This document shows positions 28,883 through 39,122 of a stretch of 64,000 nt of DNA, one piece after another. Both the position numbers and the translations under genes were made by a program. This DNA comes from Spirochaetia bacterium. Lineage in GTDB: Bacteria > Spirochaetota > Spirochaetia > SZUA-6 > Bin103. The stretch spans positions 256,001 through 320,000 of the forward strand of contig CBDAOI010000004.1 in assembly GCA_965198005.1 (NCBI GenBank). Direction: 5' to 3'. The notes beneath the pieces were generated by a model. That model saw only the letters and a list, made by a program, of their open reading frames with translations, searched no databases and was not told where the DNA came from. How positions within the stretch are numbered: the stretch's first letter is position 1; each line of letters starts with the position of its first letter.

Positions 28883-29734
28883 ATGCGCACCAGCCATATG
28901 CGCTTCGTTCCCATACTCTCGTGGTTCACTCCACGCGTCCGCCTCGCCCTCGCGGGCGCCGGGCTGGCGGTGGCGCTGGCCGCCTGCGGCGGCGACGGTG
29001 ACGACGGCACGGCGGAGGCGGCCGCCGGCAGCGACCAGGGCGGCGCCCAGGAGCAGGCGGCCGCGGCGGTCGAGGACACCAACGACGCCTCGATCAGCGG
29101 CACCGTGACCTTCAGCGGGGACGCGCCGGAGATGACGGTGCTGGACATGGCGGCCGATCCGGTGTGCGACGAGAAGAGCCAGGCAGACCCGAAGCGCCGC
29201 CAGGCGTTGGTGCTCGGCGACGATCAGCGGATCGCCAACGTGCTGGTGCAGATCAAGGGCAACGTTCCTGCCATGGAGCACGCGGTGCCCGACGCGGTCG
29301 TGGAGTTCGATCAGAACGGCTGCCAGTACAGCCCGCACGTGTTCGCGCTGCAGGTCGGCCAGACCCTCAAGATCCTCAATCCCGACGGCACCCTGCACAA
29401 CGTGCACGTCTTCGCCAAGGTGAACGCGGAGTTCAACGAGGCGATGCCGCAGTTCCGGACCGAGTTGGAGAAGGTGTTCGACAAGGCGGAGCCGACCCCG
29501 TTCGCGTTGAAGTGCGACGTCCATCCGTGGATGAACGCCTGGGCGGCGGTGTTCGATCATCCCTACTTCGCGGTCACCGGGGCCGACGGCAGCTTCACCA
29601 TCGGCAACCTGCCCGCCGGCACCTACGAGGTGGAGATCTGGCACGAACGCCTGCCGGCGCAGACCCACACGGTTACCGTGGGAGTGGGTGAGAGCGCCAC
29701 CATCGACGCGGTCATGGAGGTGCCTTCGAGCTGA
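28883..29734 (+). CDS. Lipoprotein with cupredoxin-like and carboxypeptidase-regulatory-like domains
   Basis: LAAC lipobox, HNVH...CDVHPWM and a GTYEVEIWHE tail; GAGGAGG RBS. Confidence 0.8.
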   Translation: MRTSHMRFVPILSWFTPRVRLALAGAGLAVALAACGGDGDDGTAEAAAGSDQGGAQEQAAAAVEDTNDASISGTVTFSGDAPEMTVLDMAADPVCDEKSQADPKRRQALVLGDDQRIANVLVQIKGNVPAMEHAVPDAVVEFDQNGCQYSPHVFALQVGQTLKILNPDGTLHNVHVFAKVNAEFNEAMPQFRTELEKVFDKAEPTPFALKCDVHPWMNAWAAVFDHPYFAVTGADGSFTIGNLPAGTYEVEIWHERLPAQTHTVTVGVGESATIDAVMEVPSS

Positions 29735-29790
29735 GCCGCGACCGGACGGACGCGGCCGCGCACGCGGGACGAGCAGCAGGCACAGGCGGA

Positions 29791-31602
29791 ATGAGCACGG
29801 CAGACGGCCAGCACCACGGACACGACGGCGGCGCGCACGGCGACGGCGGCCACGGCCATGGAGGCGGCGGCCACGGCGACGGCCACGGGCCGCCGGAAAG
29901 CTTCATCCGCAAGTACGTCTTCTCCACCGACCACAAGGTGATCGGGATCCAGTACGGCATCACCGCGCTGGTGTTCCTGCTGCTCGGCTTCACCTTCATC
30001 CTGCTGATGCGCTGGCAACTGGCCTACCCCGAGCAGGCGCTGCCGGTGATCGGCCGGTTGTTCGGCGCCACGCGCATGCCCGAAGGGGTGATGCTGCCGG
30101 AGTTCTACAACCAGCTCGGCGCCATGCACGGCACCATCATGGTGTTCCTGGGCGTGGTGCCGCTGGCGGTGGGCGCCTTCGGCAACTACCTGGTGCCGCT
30201 GCAGGTGGGGGCGCCGGACATGGCGTTCCCGAAGCTCAACGCCGCCAGCTACTGGCTCTTCTTCGCCGGCGGCGTGGTGATGCTGATCAGCTTCTTCGTG
30301 CCCGGCGGCGCCGCCAAGTCAGGCTGGACCTCCTACCCGCCGCTGGCGGTCATCGAGACCGCGGGCCAGACCTGGTGGCTGCTGGGGATGGTGTTCCTGA
30401 TCAACTCCTCGCTGCTCGGCTCGATCAACATCATCACCACCATCGTGCAGCTCCGCGCCCCCGGCCTGCAGCTCATGCGCATGCCGTTCCTGGTGTGGGC
30501 CCAGCTCGTCACCAGCTTCCTCCTGGTGCTGGCGTTTCCGCCGCTGGAGGTGGCCGGCTTCATGCAGCTCCTCGACCGCGTCGTCGGCACCAGCTTCTTC
30601 ATGCCCTCCGGGCTGGTGGTGAGCGGCGTAGCCTATCCCGGCAGCGGCGGCGGCAGCGCCTTGCTGTGGCAGCATCTGTTCTGGTTCCTGGCCCATCCCG
30701 AGGTGTACGTGCTGATCCTGCCGGCCATGGGCATCGTCTGCGAGATCCTGGCCAACAACTCGCGCAAGCCGCTGTACGGCTACCGCGCCCTGGTCTATTC
30801 GTTGGTGTTCCTGGGCTTCATGTCGTTCATCGTCTGGGCCCATCACATGTTCCTGACCGGCATGGGCACCGCCATCAGCACCTTCTTCCAGCTCACCACG
30901 ATGATCATCTCGGTGCCGTCGATCGTGATCCTCACCGTCATGATCATCTCGCTCTGGGGCGGGTCGATCCGGTTCACCACGCCGATGCTGTTCGCGCTGG
31001 CGTTCATTCCGATGTTCGGGATCGGTGGCCTGACCGGCCTGCCGCTGGGACTGGCGGTGGCCGACATCCATCTGCACGACACCTACTACGTGATCGGCCA
31101 CTTCCACTTCGTGGTCGCGCCCGGGACGCTGATGGCGCTGTTCGCGGGCATCTACCATTGGTATCCCAAGGTCACCGGGCGGCGCATGAGCGATACCCTG
31201 GGCCGCTGGCACTTCTGGCCGACCCTGGTGTTCATGTTCGGAACCTTCATGCCGATGTTCTGGCTCGGCATGGCGGGCGTCTCGCGCCGCCTGTACGACG
31301 GCGGCGCCACCTACGCGCACGCGCAGGACGTGCTGTGGATCAACCAGCTCATCACCTTCTCGGCGTGGGGGCTGGCGCTGGCCCAAGTGTTCTTCATCAT
31401 CAACTTCTTCGTGAGCCTCAAGCGCGGGGAAAAGGTGGACGACAACCCGTGGCAGGGCACCACCCTGGAGTGGGCCACCACCTCGCCGCCGCTCGGGCAC
31501 GGCAACTTCCCGCAGCCGGTGCAGGTGTTCCGCGGACCGTACGAGTACAGCGTGCCGGATGCCGCGCGCGACTACTCGCCGCAACACCTGGAACGGGTCT
31601 GA
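29791..31602 (+). CDS. ctaD: Cytochrome c oxidase subunit I (A-type), with His/Gly-rich N-terminus
   Basis: STDHKVIG, HGTIM, GWTSYPPL, HPEVY, VWAHHM and HFH. Confidence 0.97.
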   Translation: MSTADGQHHGHDGGAHGDGGHGHGGGGHGDGHGPPESFIRKYVFSTDHKVIGIQYGITALVFLLLGFTFILLMRWQLAYPEQALPVIGRLFGATRMPEGVMLPEFYNQLGAMHGTIMVFLGVVPLAVGAFGNYLVPLQVGAPDMAFPKLNAASYWLFFAGGVVMLISFFVPGGAAKSGWTSYPPLAVIETAGQTWWLLGMVFLINSSLLGSINIITTIVQLRAPGLQLMRMPFLVWAQLVTSFLLVLAFPPLEVAGFMQLLDRVVGTSFFMPSGLVVSGVAYPGSGGGSALLWQHLFWFLAHPEVYVLILPAMGIVCEILANNSRKPLYGYRALVYSLVFLGFMSFIVWAHHMFLTGMGTAISTFFQLTTMIISVPSIVILTVMIISLWGGSIRFTTPMLFALAFIPMFGIGGLTGLPLGLAVADIHLHDTYYVIGHFHFVVAPGTLMALFAGIYHWYPKVTGRRMSDTLGRWHFWPTLVFMFGTFMPMFWLGMAGVSRRLYDGGATYAHAQDVLWINQLITFSAWGLALAQVFFIINFFVSLKRGEKVDDNPWQGTTLEWATTSPPLGHGNFPQPVQVFRGPYEYSVPDAARDYSPQHLERV

Positions 31603-31625
31603 GCGACGAGCGCGGACTGACGGAC

Positions 31626-32231
31626 ATGGTGGAGATTCCCTACGATCAAGAGAACCATCCGGTTACCGGGGTCTACAACGGCAAGCTCGGCATCTGGCTG
31701 TTCCTGGCCTCCGAGGTGCTGTTCTTCGGCGCCTTCTTCTCCTCCTACATCCTGCTGCGCATCGGCGCCGGCGGCATCGCGGGGAGCTGGCCGTACGGGG
31801 CCGACTTTCTCAACGTCACCCTGGCCACCATCAACACCGCCATCCTGATCGGCTCGTCGCTGACCATGGTGATGGCCTGGGCGTCGCTGAAGCTGGAGCG
31901 GTTCGTCGCGTTCCAGGTCTACTTCGGCCTGACCATTCTGCTGGCGCTGGCGTTCCTGGTGATCAAGGGGTTCGAGTACGGCGAAGAGTTCGCCCACGGC
32001 CGCTTCCCCGCCACCAGCACGTTCTTCGCCATCTACTTCACGCTGACCGGCGTGCACGGCCTGCACATCCTGTTCGGGGTGGTAGTCAATCTCTACCATT
32101 TCTTCTCGGCCCCGGGCCTCTACCGCGAGAACCCGGAGAAGATGGCCAACCGCATCGAGATCGCCGGGCTCTACTGGCACTTCGTGGACCTGGTGTGGAT
32201 TTTCCTGTTTCCCGTGTTGTATCTCTTGTGA
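31626..32231 (+). CDS. ctaE: Cytochrome c oxidase subunit III
   Basis: GIWLFLASEV, LTGVHGLH and YWHFVDLVW. Confidence 0.95.
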   Translation: MVEIPYDQENHPVTGVYNGKLGIWLFLASEVLFFGAFFSSYILLRIGAGGIAGSWPYGADFLNVTLATINTAILIGSSLTMVMAWASLKLERFVAFQVYFGLTILLALAFLVIKGFEYGEEFAHGRFPATSTFFAIYFTLTGVHGLHILFGVVVNLYHFFSAPGLYRENPEKMANRIEIAGLYWHFVDLVWIFLFPVLYLL

Positions 32232-32252
32232 TGGATTGTCGGGAGTGAGAGC

Positions 32253-32603
32253 ATGAGCGCCGAACATACCGCCGAACACGTCCAGCAGCAGGTCCGCACC
32301 TACTTCATCGTGTTCATTTCCCTGCTGGTGCTGACCGTGGTGACCGTGGCCGTGAGCCGTTTGCATCTGCCGGTGGCGGCCGGCGTGGTCGTGGCCCTGG
32401 CCGTGGCCGGCCTCAAGGGGACGCTGGTGGCGGGCATCTTCATGCACCTGTTCTCCGACAAGTTTCCGTTCGTGTTCCAGGTGCTGACCTTCGCCGCGGT
32501 GTTCTTTGCGGTGATGATCGCTCTGTTCCTGTTCGGATATTTCGATACGTTCGCCAGTGAGCGGGTGGAAGTAATGCCGCCGGCGCTCGACGACCACCAC
32601 TGA
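32253..32603 (+). CDS. Cytochrome c oxidase subunit IV family
   Basis: YFIVFISLLVLT...KGTLVAGIFMHL. Confidence 0.88.
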   Translation: MSAEHTAEHVQQQVRTYFIVFISLLVLTVVTVAVSRLHLPVAAGVVVALAVAGLKGTLVAGIFMHLFSDKFPFVFQVLTFAAVFFAVMIALFLFGYFDTFASERVEVMPPALDDHH

Positions 32604-32803
32604 TGTCACTCAAGGTTGCCCACGTCGTGTTCATTGCCTGCGCCTGCGTCGGGCTGGCGGTGCTGTCGGTCTGGTGCTTCGTCTACTACGCCCACCGCAA
32701 TCCGGTGCTGGCGGTCGGCGGCGGGGTGGCCGCGGCGCTGGGCCTGTTGGGCGTGCTGCTGTGGGAGCGGCGCGTGTTGGCGACGCTGAAGGACGTGCGG
32801 TGA
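32603..32803 (+). CDS. Small two-TM protein
   Basis: 66 aa, translationally coupled (TGATG). Confidence 0.7.
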   Translation: MSLKVAHVVFIACACVGLAVLSVWCFVYYAHRNPVLAVGGGVAAALGLLGVLLWERRVLATLKDVR

Positions 32804-33069
32804 TGCGCGGCAGGTTGTCCGCGGTCGCGGCATCGCCGGCGTTGTCCGTGGCGCTCGCCCTGGCGTGGCTGACCCTGGCGCCGCACCCGGCGGCCGCCTG
32901 CGCGGTGTGTTTCGGCGCCGCGGAAGGAGCGGAGGCGGCCGGGTTGCGCGCCGGAATCCTGCTGCTGCTGGGCATGGTGGCGCTGGTGTTCGCCGGCGTG
33001 GGCGGGTTTCTGGTCGCGGCGCGGCGGCGGCTGCAGCGGTTGCAGGCGTCCACGGAGGTCTCCGGATGA
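32803..33069 (+). CDS. Small membrane protein with a CxxC (ACAVCFG) motif
   Basis: Signal-like N-terminus, CAVC and a C-terminal TM helix; coupled to both neighbours. Confidence 0.72.
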   Translation: MRGRLSAVAASPALSVALALAWLTLAPHPAAACAVCFGAAEGAEAAGLRAGILLLLGMVALVFAGVGGFLVAARRRLQRLQASTEVSG

Positions 33070-33848
33070 TCGAGTTCGCGCGCTCCCTCGGGCTGCCGGC
33101 GGCGGCTTCCGCGCACGCCGGTCAGGTAGATGGCCTGATCGGGTGGGTGCACCTGCTGATGCTGGTGCTGTTCGTGGGCTGGGGCGCGTTCTTCTTCTAC
33201 GTGCTGGTGCGGTTCCGGAAACGCCGCCAGCCGCGGGCCAACTATCACGGCACCCACAGCCACCTGTCGCGCTACCTCGAGGGAGTGATCGCCGTGATCG
33301 AGATCGCGCTGCTGTTCGGGCTGTCGGTGCCGGTGTGGGCGCGGCAGATAGCCAATCCGGTGGCGGCCGAGGAAGCGCATACGATCCGGGTGGTGGGCCA
33401 GCAGTTCGCCTGGAACATCCACTATCCGGGGGCGGACGGCATGTTCGGGGCCACCTCGACCGAGCTGGTCGATGCCGAGGTCAACCCTCTGGGGGTGGAC
33501 CGCGACGACCTGTTCGCGAAGGACGACATCGTCACGGTGAACCAGCTCCACATCCCGGTGAACACCCCGATCCGGATCGAGCTGAGCAGCTTCGACGTGG
33601 TGCACAGCTTCTCTCTCCCGGAGATGCGGGTGAAGCAGGACGCCATCCCCGGCATGGTGATCCCGTTGAGCTTCACCGCCACCGCTACCGGTGAATGGGA
33701 GATCGCGTGCGCCCAGCTCTGCGGCCTGGGGCACTACCGCATGCGCGGCTTCTTCACCGTGCACGACCAGAGCAGCTACGACGCCTGGATGGCCGAACGC
33801 GTCGCCGCGCTGGAGGCCGCCGCCCAGCCCAAGGGATTCTTCGACTAG
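33066..33848 (+). CDS. ctaC: Cytochrome c oxidase subunit II
   Basis: GQQFAW, DVVHSF and the CuA motif CAQLCGLGHYRM. Confidence 0.95.
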   Translation: MIEFARSLGLPAAASAHAGQVDGLIGWVHLLMLVLFVGWGAFFFYVLVRFRKRRQPRANYHGTHSHLSRYLEGVIAVIEIALLFGLSVPVWARQIANPVAAEEAHTIRVVGQQFAWNIHYPGADGMFGATSTELVDAEVNPLGVDRDDLFAKDDIVTVNQLHIPVNTPIRIELSSFDVVHSFSLPEMRVKQDAIPGMVIPLSFTATATGEWEIACAQLCGLGHYRMRGFFTVHDQSSYDAWMAERVAALEAAAQPKGFFD

Positions 33849-33906
33849 CCAAGCGCGGCCCGGAGCGCGGCCGGTCGAAGTCGGCATCGTCAGGCGATCT
33901 GAAAGT

Positions 33907-34443
33907 CTACACCTGCACCAGACTGTGGCAGGGGCGCTCGCCCATACGTTCGCGCCCGTTGAAGTCGGCCAGCTCGATCACGAACAGGGCGGCCGCCACC
34001 GTGGCGCCGAGCTGTTCCACCAGCTCGCAGGCGGCGGCCGCGGTCCCGCCACTGGCCAGCAGGTCGTCGACCACCACCACCTGCTCGCCGGCGCGGCAGG
34101 CGTCGGCGTGGATCTCCAGGGCGGTGGCGCCGTACTCCAGCTCGTAGTCGAGGTGCAGGGTGGTGTGCGGCAGCTTGCCCGGCTTCCGAATCGGCACCAG
34201 CGGCAGCTGCAGCCGGGCGGCCAGTGGCGCACCGAACAGAAACCCGCGGCTCTCGATGCACGCGATTCGGTCTGCCGGCGTAGCGGCGCACCGGTCCGCC
34301 AGCCAGCCGACCACCTGCGGGAACACTGTGCTCGCCGCCAGCAGCGGAGTGATGTCGCGGAACAGGATGCCTGGAGTCGGAAAATCCGGCACCGTTCGCA
34401 GCACCGCACGAACCTGCGCGCGCAGGGACAGATCATCCACCAC
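33907..34443 (-). CDS. apt: Adenine phosphoribosyltransferase
   Basis: PDFPTPGILFRDITPL, IESRGF, YELEYG and VDDLLASGGT. Confidence 0.96.
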   Translation of the reverse strand: MVDDLSLRAQVRAVLRTVPDFPTPGILFRDITPLLAASTVFPQVVGWLADRCAATPADRIACIESRGFLFGAPLAARLQLPLVPIRKPGKLPHTTLHLDYELEYGATALEIHADACRAGEQVVVVDDLLASGGTAAAACELVEQLGATVAAALFVIELADFNGRERMGERPCHSLVQV

Positions 34444-34631
34444 CTATCCTCCCCGTGGACCGTCGGGATTTGGCGTACGACCGGTACGACCGGTATGACC
34501 CGGGACAGTCGCGCTTGAGAACCGGCGGCTCCTCCGCTATTTTAGACCAAGGCGCGAGTGGCTGCCCGTCAGGGTCTGTTCGGGCCCGTGCAGGCCCATC
34601 CGGGGGCAGCAATCCACTTTGCAGGGGGAAA

Positions 34632-34836
34632 CGTGGCTAGACGTTCGAAACACAGTGCGCAGAAGAGACGCCGAGAGCTTGCGAGAGCCGAACGACGGGA
34701 GCGGAAACGCGAACGACGGGCCAACCCGGTCGAGCACGACGCAGAGACCCTGATCGCCGAGTACCGCGGGCTCAACCTTCCCGGCGACGTGCCGGACGAG
34801 GAAGAGGAGGACGAGGAGGAGCAGGAGGCGCAGTAA
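34632..34836 (+). CDS. Small basic/acidic hypothetical protein
   Basis: GTG after GGGGGA; MARRSKHSAQKRRRE...EEEEDEEEQEAQ. Confidence 0.5.
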
Positions 34837-34926
34837 CGGGCGCCGGTGGCGTGTGCCGTTGGCGCGGATAGGGGCCGGATGCGAGAGAGTTGAAGCGGCA
34901 GGCATCCGGCGACCGTTGACGGAGGC

Positions 34927-36471
34927 GTGGAAGCCGACTACTGCCGAGAGGTAGCGCCCGATCCGCTCAACGCGCTGGCTGCGCGCCACCTGGGCATCTC
35001 CTACCTGTTCCCCTACCAGCGGCTGGTGGTGGCCAACCTGCTGGAGGGACGCAACCAGATCGTGGTGCTGCCGACCGGCTCCGGCAAGTCGGTGTGCTTC
35101 ATGTTTCCGGCGGTGGTGCTGGAGGGAGTCACGCTGGTGGTGCTGCCCCTGCTGGCCCTGCTGGAGGACCTCAACCGGCGGATCACCGCCGCCGGGCTGC
35201 CGGTGGTCGTGCTGCGCGGCGGCCAGAGCCGCGAGGAGCGGGCGCAGGCGCTGGCCGCGGTGGGCGACCGCCGCGCGCGGCTGGTGCTGACCACGCCCGA
35301 AGCCGCTCTGACCGAGCGGCTGCTCGGCGCCCTCGCCGCGGCCGCCACGATCGAGCACCTGGTGGTGGACGAAGCGCACTGCATCAGCGAGTGGGGGGAC
35401 ACCTTCCGGCCCACCTACCTGCGTCTGAACGAGCTGGTCGTGGCCCTGCAGCCGCGGCTGGTCACCGCCTTCACCGCCACCGCCACGCCGCCGGTGCTGC
35501 GCCGCATCCGCGAGGTCCTGTTTCCCGCCGGCGGCGCCCATCTGGTGGCCGGCAATCCGGACCGGCCCAACATCCGCTACGAGGTAGTGCCCACGGCCGC
35601 GCCGTTGCGCCGGCTCAGCGAGCTGGTGGCAACCCGCGCGCGGCCGCTGATCGTGTTCGCCCGCAGCCGGCGGGGAACGGAGGCGGTATGCTGGCAGATC
35701 CGAAAACACCACCCCGAAATCGACTGCCGCTTCTACCACGCCGGTCTCAACGCCGCCGAGCGCCAGCGGCTGGAGCGCTGGTTCCTGACCAGCACCGGCG
35801 GGGCGCTGATCGCCACCTCGGCCTACGGCATGGGGGTCGACAAGCCCGATATCCGGACCGTGGTCCACCTGGAGCCGCCCGAGTCGGTGGAAGCGTACCT
35901 GCAGGAAACGGGGCGCGCGGGCCGCGACGGCGCCCCGGCGCAGGCGCTGTTGCTGGCCTATCAGCCGGTCGCGGCGCGTGCCCACCGGGCCGGGGCCCGG
36001 TCCACGACCGCGGGGCAGCGGCCGGCGCCGGTGCGTGCGGCCGCGCTGCGGGGCTACCTGGCCGACGCCGCCACCTGCCGCCGCGTGCAGCTCCTGCGTT
36101 TCTTTCGGCGGGAACGGGTGGAGTGCACCGGTTGCGACGTCTGCGACCACCGGGTGGCGCTGCTGCCGGCGGTGGAGCGCCGCCTGCTGCAGGTGCTGCG
36201 GCGCGGGACGCGCCGGTTTACGGTACGCGAGTGGCGCCACCTCCTGCGCGGCGGGAACTCATACCTGATCGAGCGCCACCGGTTGCGGCGGGCGGCGGGA
36301 TTCGGGTTGCTGGCGGGCTGGCACCCCGCGGAGGTGCGGGAGGCGTGCCACGCCCTGGTGGCGGCCGGTCTTGCCCGGGTCCCGGCGCGCGGCCCGTGGC
36401 GCGGCCGGCTGGTCGTCAGCCGGGCCGCAGTCGCCGCGCTGCCGCGCGGTGGTCCATCGGCGATCAGCTGA
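34927..36471 (+). CDS. recQ: RecQ-family DNA helicase
   Basis: PTGSGKS, DEAHCISEWG, TATAT, YHAG, GMGVDKPD, QETGRAGRDG and Zn-binding CRR...CTGCDVC. Confidence 0.92.
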   Translation: MEADYCREVAPDPLNALAARHLGISYLFPYQRLVVANLLEGRNQIVVLPTGSGKSVCFMFPAVVLEGVTLVVLPLLALLEDLNRRITAAGLPVVVLRGGQSREERAQALAAVGDRRARLVLTTPEAALTERLLGALAAAATIEHLVVDEAHCISEWGDTFRPTYLRLNELVVALQPRLVTAFTATATPPVLRRIREVLFPAGGAHLVAGNPDRPNIRYEVVPTAAPLRRLSELVATRARPLIVFARSRRGTEAVCWQIRKHHPEIDCRFYHAGLNAAERQRLERWFLTSTGGALIATSAYGMGVDKPDIRTVVHLEPPESVEAYLQETGRAGRDGAPAQALLLAYQPVAARAHRAGARSTTAGQRPAPVRAAALRGYLADAATCRRVQLLRFFRRERVECTGCDVCDHRVALLPAVERRLLQVLRRGTRRFTVREWRHLLRGGNSYLIERHRLRRAAGFGLLAGWHPAEVREACHALVAAGLARVPARGPWRGRLVVSRAAVAALPRGGPSAIS

Positions 36472-36710
36472 TCCGTTCTGCGGTGGGGGAGAGGCAGTGG
36501 CAGGGCCAAGGCGAGCATCACGTTCGCGTCGACCACGACGGTCATGGCCACGAGCGCTCCGCCTCTCGTTCTTCTCGTGCCTCGCCAACCAGGTCGACCG
36601 TGACCGGGCCACTGTTGCTGCGGATACTCGCCCTGAGGGCGCGCAGTTGGACCAGAGCCGGCTCCCGGGCGGCCCAGGCGGCGCTCTGGTGCGCGACCAA
36701 CAGTGGCATG
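36470..36710 (-). pseudogene. Remnant antitoxin plus PIN toxin start
   Basis: MAMTVVVDANVMLALALPLP is a PIN-type start that aborts after about 20 aa. Confidence 0.45.
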
Positions 36711-36777
36711 AGTATGAGTGATTTCCGGTTGACCTGAAAAGAGTCATGAGTATATTCTGGTACACCTGAAAATACTC

Positions 36778-37938
36778 ATGCCATCGCCCACGCTACCAAA
36801 GACGCCCAGGTACCTCGCCGAGAGCGTGACCGCGGACCTTGCAGAGCGCATGGTGTTCGTCGGTGGTCCGCGCCAAGTGGGCAAGACGACGTTCGCTCTG
36901 TCGCTGTTGGAGGACGGGAGCGACGAGTCGTCGCCGGCCTACCTGAACTGGGACTATCTCGCCGACCGCGAGGCGATCCTCGCCGCGCGATTGCCGCCGC
37001 GGCAGCGGCTCCTCATCTTCGACGAGATCCACAAGTACGCGGCGTGGCGCGGCCTGATCAAAGGACTCCATGACAAGCACCGGTCATCGGTCTCGTTTCT
37101 GGTTACCGGGTCCGCCCGTCTCGACTACTACCGGAAGGGCGGCGACTCCCTGCAGGGACGGTACCACTACTACCGCCTGCATCCGTTCACCCTGATGGAA
37201 AGCGGTCAGCCCCGGGCGGCTGACGCGGTCGCGCATCTCCTCCGGTTCGGCGGCTTCCCGGAGCCGTTTCTGCGCGGCGAGGAGCGGTTCCACCGCCGCT
37301 GGTTGCGCGCACACGCGGCGCGGGTGGTGCATGAGGACCTGCGCGATCTGGAGCAGGTGCGCGAGGTGTCACGCTTGGATCTGCTGCTCGCCCACCTGCC
37401 CGCCGGCGTGGGATCGCCGCTCTCGGTCAACCGTCTGCGCACCCTTCTCCAGGCGTCGCACGAAAGCGTCGAGCGCTGGATCGCCGCGTTCGAACGGCTG
37501 TACCTCTGCTACCGGCTGGCGCCGTTCGGGACACCGCGCATCAGAGCGGTGCGCAAGGAACAGAAGCTCTACTTCTGGGACTGGTCGCGCGTAGCTGACC
37601 CCGGGGCTCGCTTCGAGAACCTGGTGGCTGCACATCTGCTGAAGTACTGCCATCTGGTCGAAGACACCGAAGGCTACGCCATGGAACTGCGGTTTCTGCG
37701 CGATACCGACGGACGCGAGATCGATTTCGTCGTGCTCCGCGACGGCCGCCCCGAGTTCGCGGTCGAATGCAAGAGCGGCGGGCGCAGGGCCTCACCCGCC
37801 TGCCGCTACGTGCGTGCGCGCAGCGCCATTCCCCGCTTCTATCAGGTGCACCTGGGCACGGCCGACTTCGGCGATGAGACTTCCGACACGCGCGTGCTGC
37901 CGTTCGCGACCTTCTGCACCGAGTTGGCGCTGCCGTAG
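36778..37938 (+). CDS. AAA_14 ATPase with DUF4143 (PD-(D/E)XK-like) C-terminus
   Basis: GPRQVGKTT, FDEIHK, TGSARL, GGFPE, ENLVA and EIDFV...ECK. Confidence 0.92.
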   Translation: MPSPTLPKTPRYLAESVTADLAERMVFVGGPRQVGKTTFALSLLEDGSDESSPAYLNWDYLADREAILAARLPPRQRLLIFDEIHKYAAWRGLIKGLHDKHRSSVSFLVTGSARLDYYRKGGDSLQGRYHYYRLHPFTLMESGQPRAADAVAHLLRFGGFPEPFLRGEERFHRRWLRAHAARVVHEDLRDLEQVREVSRLDLLLAHLPAGVGSPLSVNRLRTLLQASHESVERWIAAFERLYLCYRLAPFGTPRIRAVRKEQKLYFWDWSRVADPGARFENLVAAHLLKYCHLVEDTEGYAMELRFLRDTDGREIDFVVLRDGRPEFAVECKSGGRRASPACRYVRARSAIPRFYQVHLGTADFGDETSDTRVLPFATFCTELALP

Positions 37939-38019
37939 CCCCCTATGGGCCGGCCGAGTCGCCGGATGGTTGACCCGTTGCGCGGGTCCGTGGCGTACTA
38001 CGGTCGAGTGGAGGATGAA

Positions 38020-38862
38020 GTGAGCGGGCGACTTGAGGGCAAGGTTGCGATCATCACCGGCGGCACGAGCGGGATCGGCCGGCGCACGGTGGAGATCTTC
38101 GTGGAGCACGGCGCGCGGGTGCTGATTGCGGCGCGCCGCACGGAGGTGGGGCAGGAGCTGGCCGAGCGGCTCGGCGCGAACGCGTGTTTCGTGCGCACCG
38201 ACGTCACGCGCGAGCAGGAGGTGCAGGCGATGGTGGCCGCCGCCGTGCAGCGGTGGGGGCGGGTCGACTGTCTGTTCAACAACGCCAGCGCCGGCACCTC
38301 GGACGCGCCGGTGGAGGAGTTGTCGTACGCAAACTTCACGGCGGCGCTGGAGTTGCAGATCGGCTCGGTGTTCCTGGGCATCAAGCACGTGGTGCCGGTC
38401 ATGAAGCGGCAGGGCGGCGGCAACATCATCAACAACGCCTCGATCGCGGGGCTGAGCGTCGGCTACGGTTCGATGACCTACTCCACCGGCAAGGCGGGCG
38501 TGATCCACATGACCCGGTGCCTGGCGATCGCCCTGGGCGAGCACCGCATCCGCCTCAACTGCATCTCACCGGGCGGGATCATGACCCCCATCTTCCTCGG
38601 CGGCCGGCAGCACGAGATGGCCGAGGCGGAGGTGACGCGCGCGATGGAGCGGTTGACCGCGCTGTATGATGAGCGGATTCCGCTCAAGCGGGCGGGTACG
38701 CCCGACGATATCGCGCACGCTGCGGTGTACCTGGCTTCCGACGAGGCCCGCCACGTCACCGGCGAGAATCTGGTGGTGGACGCGGGCACCTGGCTCGGCC
38801 GCAACGCCCAGTATCAGGCGCAGTGGGCGGCGTGGCGGCAGGCGGCGCTGTTCGGCGAGTAG
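38020..38862 (+). CDS. Short-chain dehydrogenase/reductase
   Basis: TGGTSGIG, NNA, YSTGK and NCISPG. Confidence 0.93.
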   Translation: MSGRLEGKVAIITGGTSGIGRRTVEIFVEHGARVLIAARRTEVGQELAERLGANACFVRTDVTREQEVQAMVAAAVQRWGRVDCLFNNASAGTSDAPVEELSYANFTAALELQIGSVFLGIKHVVPVMKRQGGGNIINNASIAGLSVGYGSMTYSTGKAGVIHMTRCLAIALGEHRIRLNCISPGGIMTPIFLGGRQHEMAEAEVTRAMERLTALYDERIPLKRAGTPDDIAHAAVYLASDEARHVTGENLVVDAGTWLGRNAQYQAQWAAWRQAALFGE

Positions 38863-39122
38863 CGGCGGGCGGGGCCGGACCGCGGCATCCAGCCGGAGAG
38901 CCACCCGCGTAGCCGACGTCGGCCAGCGCGCGCGCCACCGCGCCAAGTCGATGCAGCCATCGCCGGGCACGGTGAACACGCCGGCCAGCACCGCGTCCAG
39001 CGCGCGCCGCGACGGTTTGACAGGGGGCGCCGCCGGTACTACAATCCGTACCCGACTTTGTTACCTACTTTGTTACACTACATCCAATTGCGTGACGGGG
39101 CGCGGGCCCCGCACGGGGTTGC

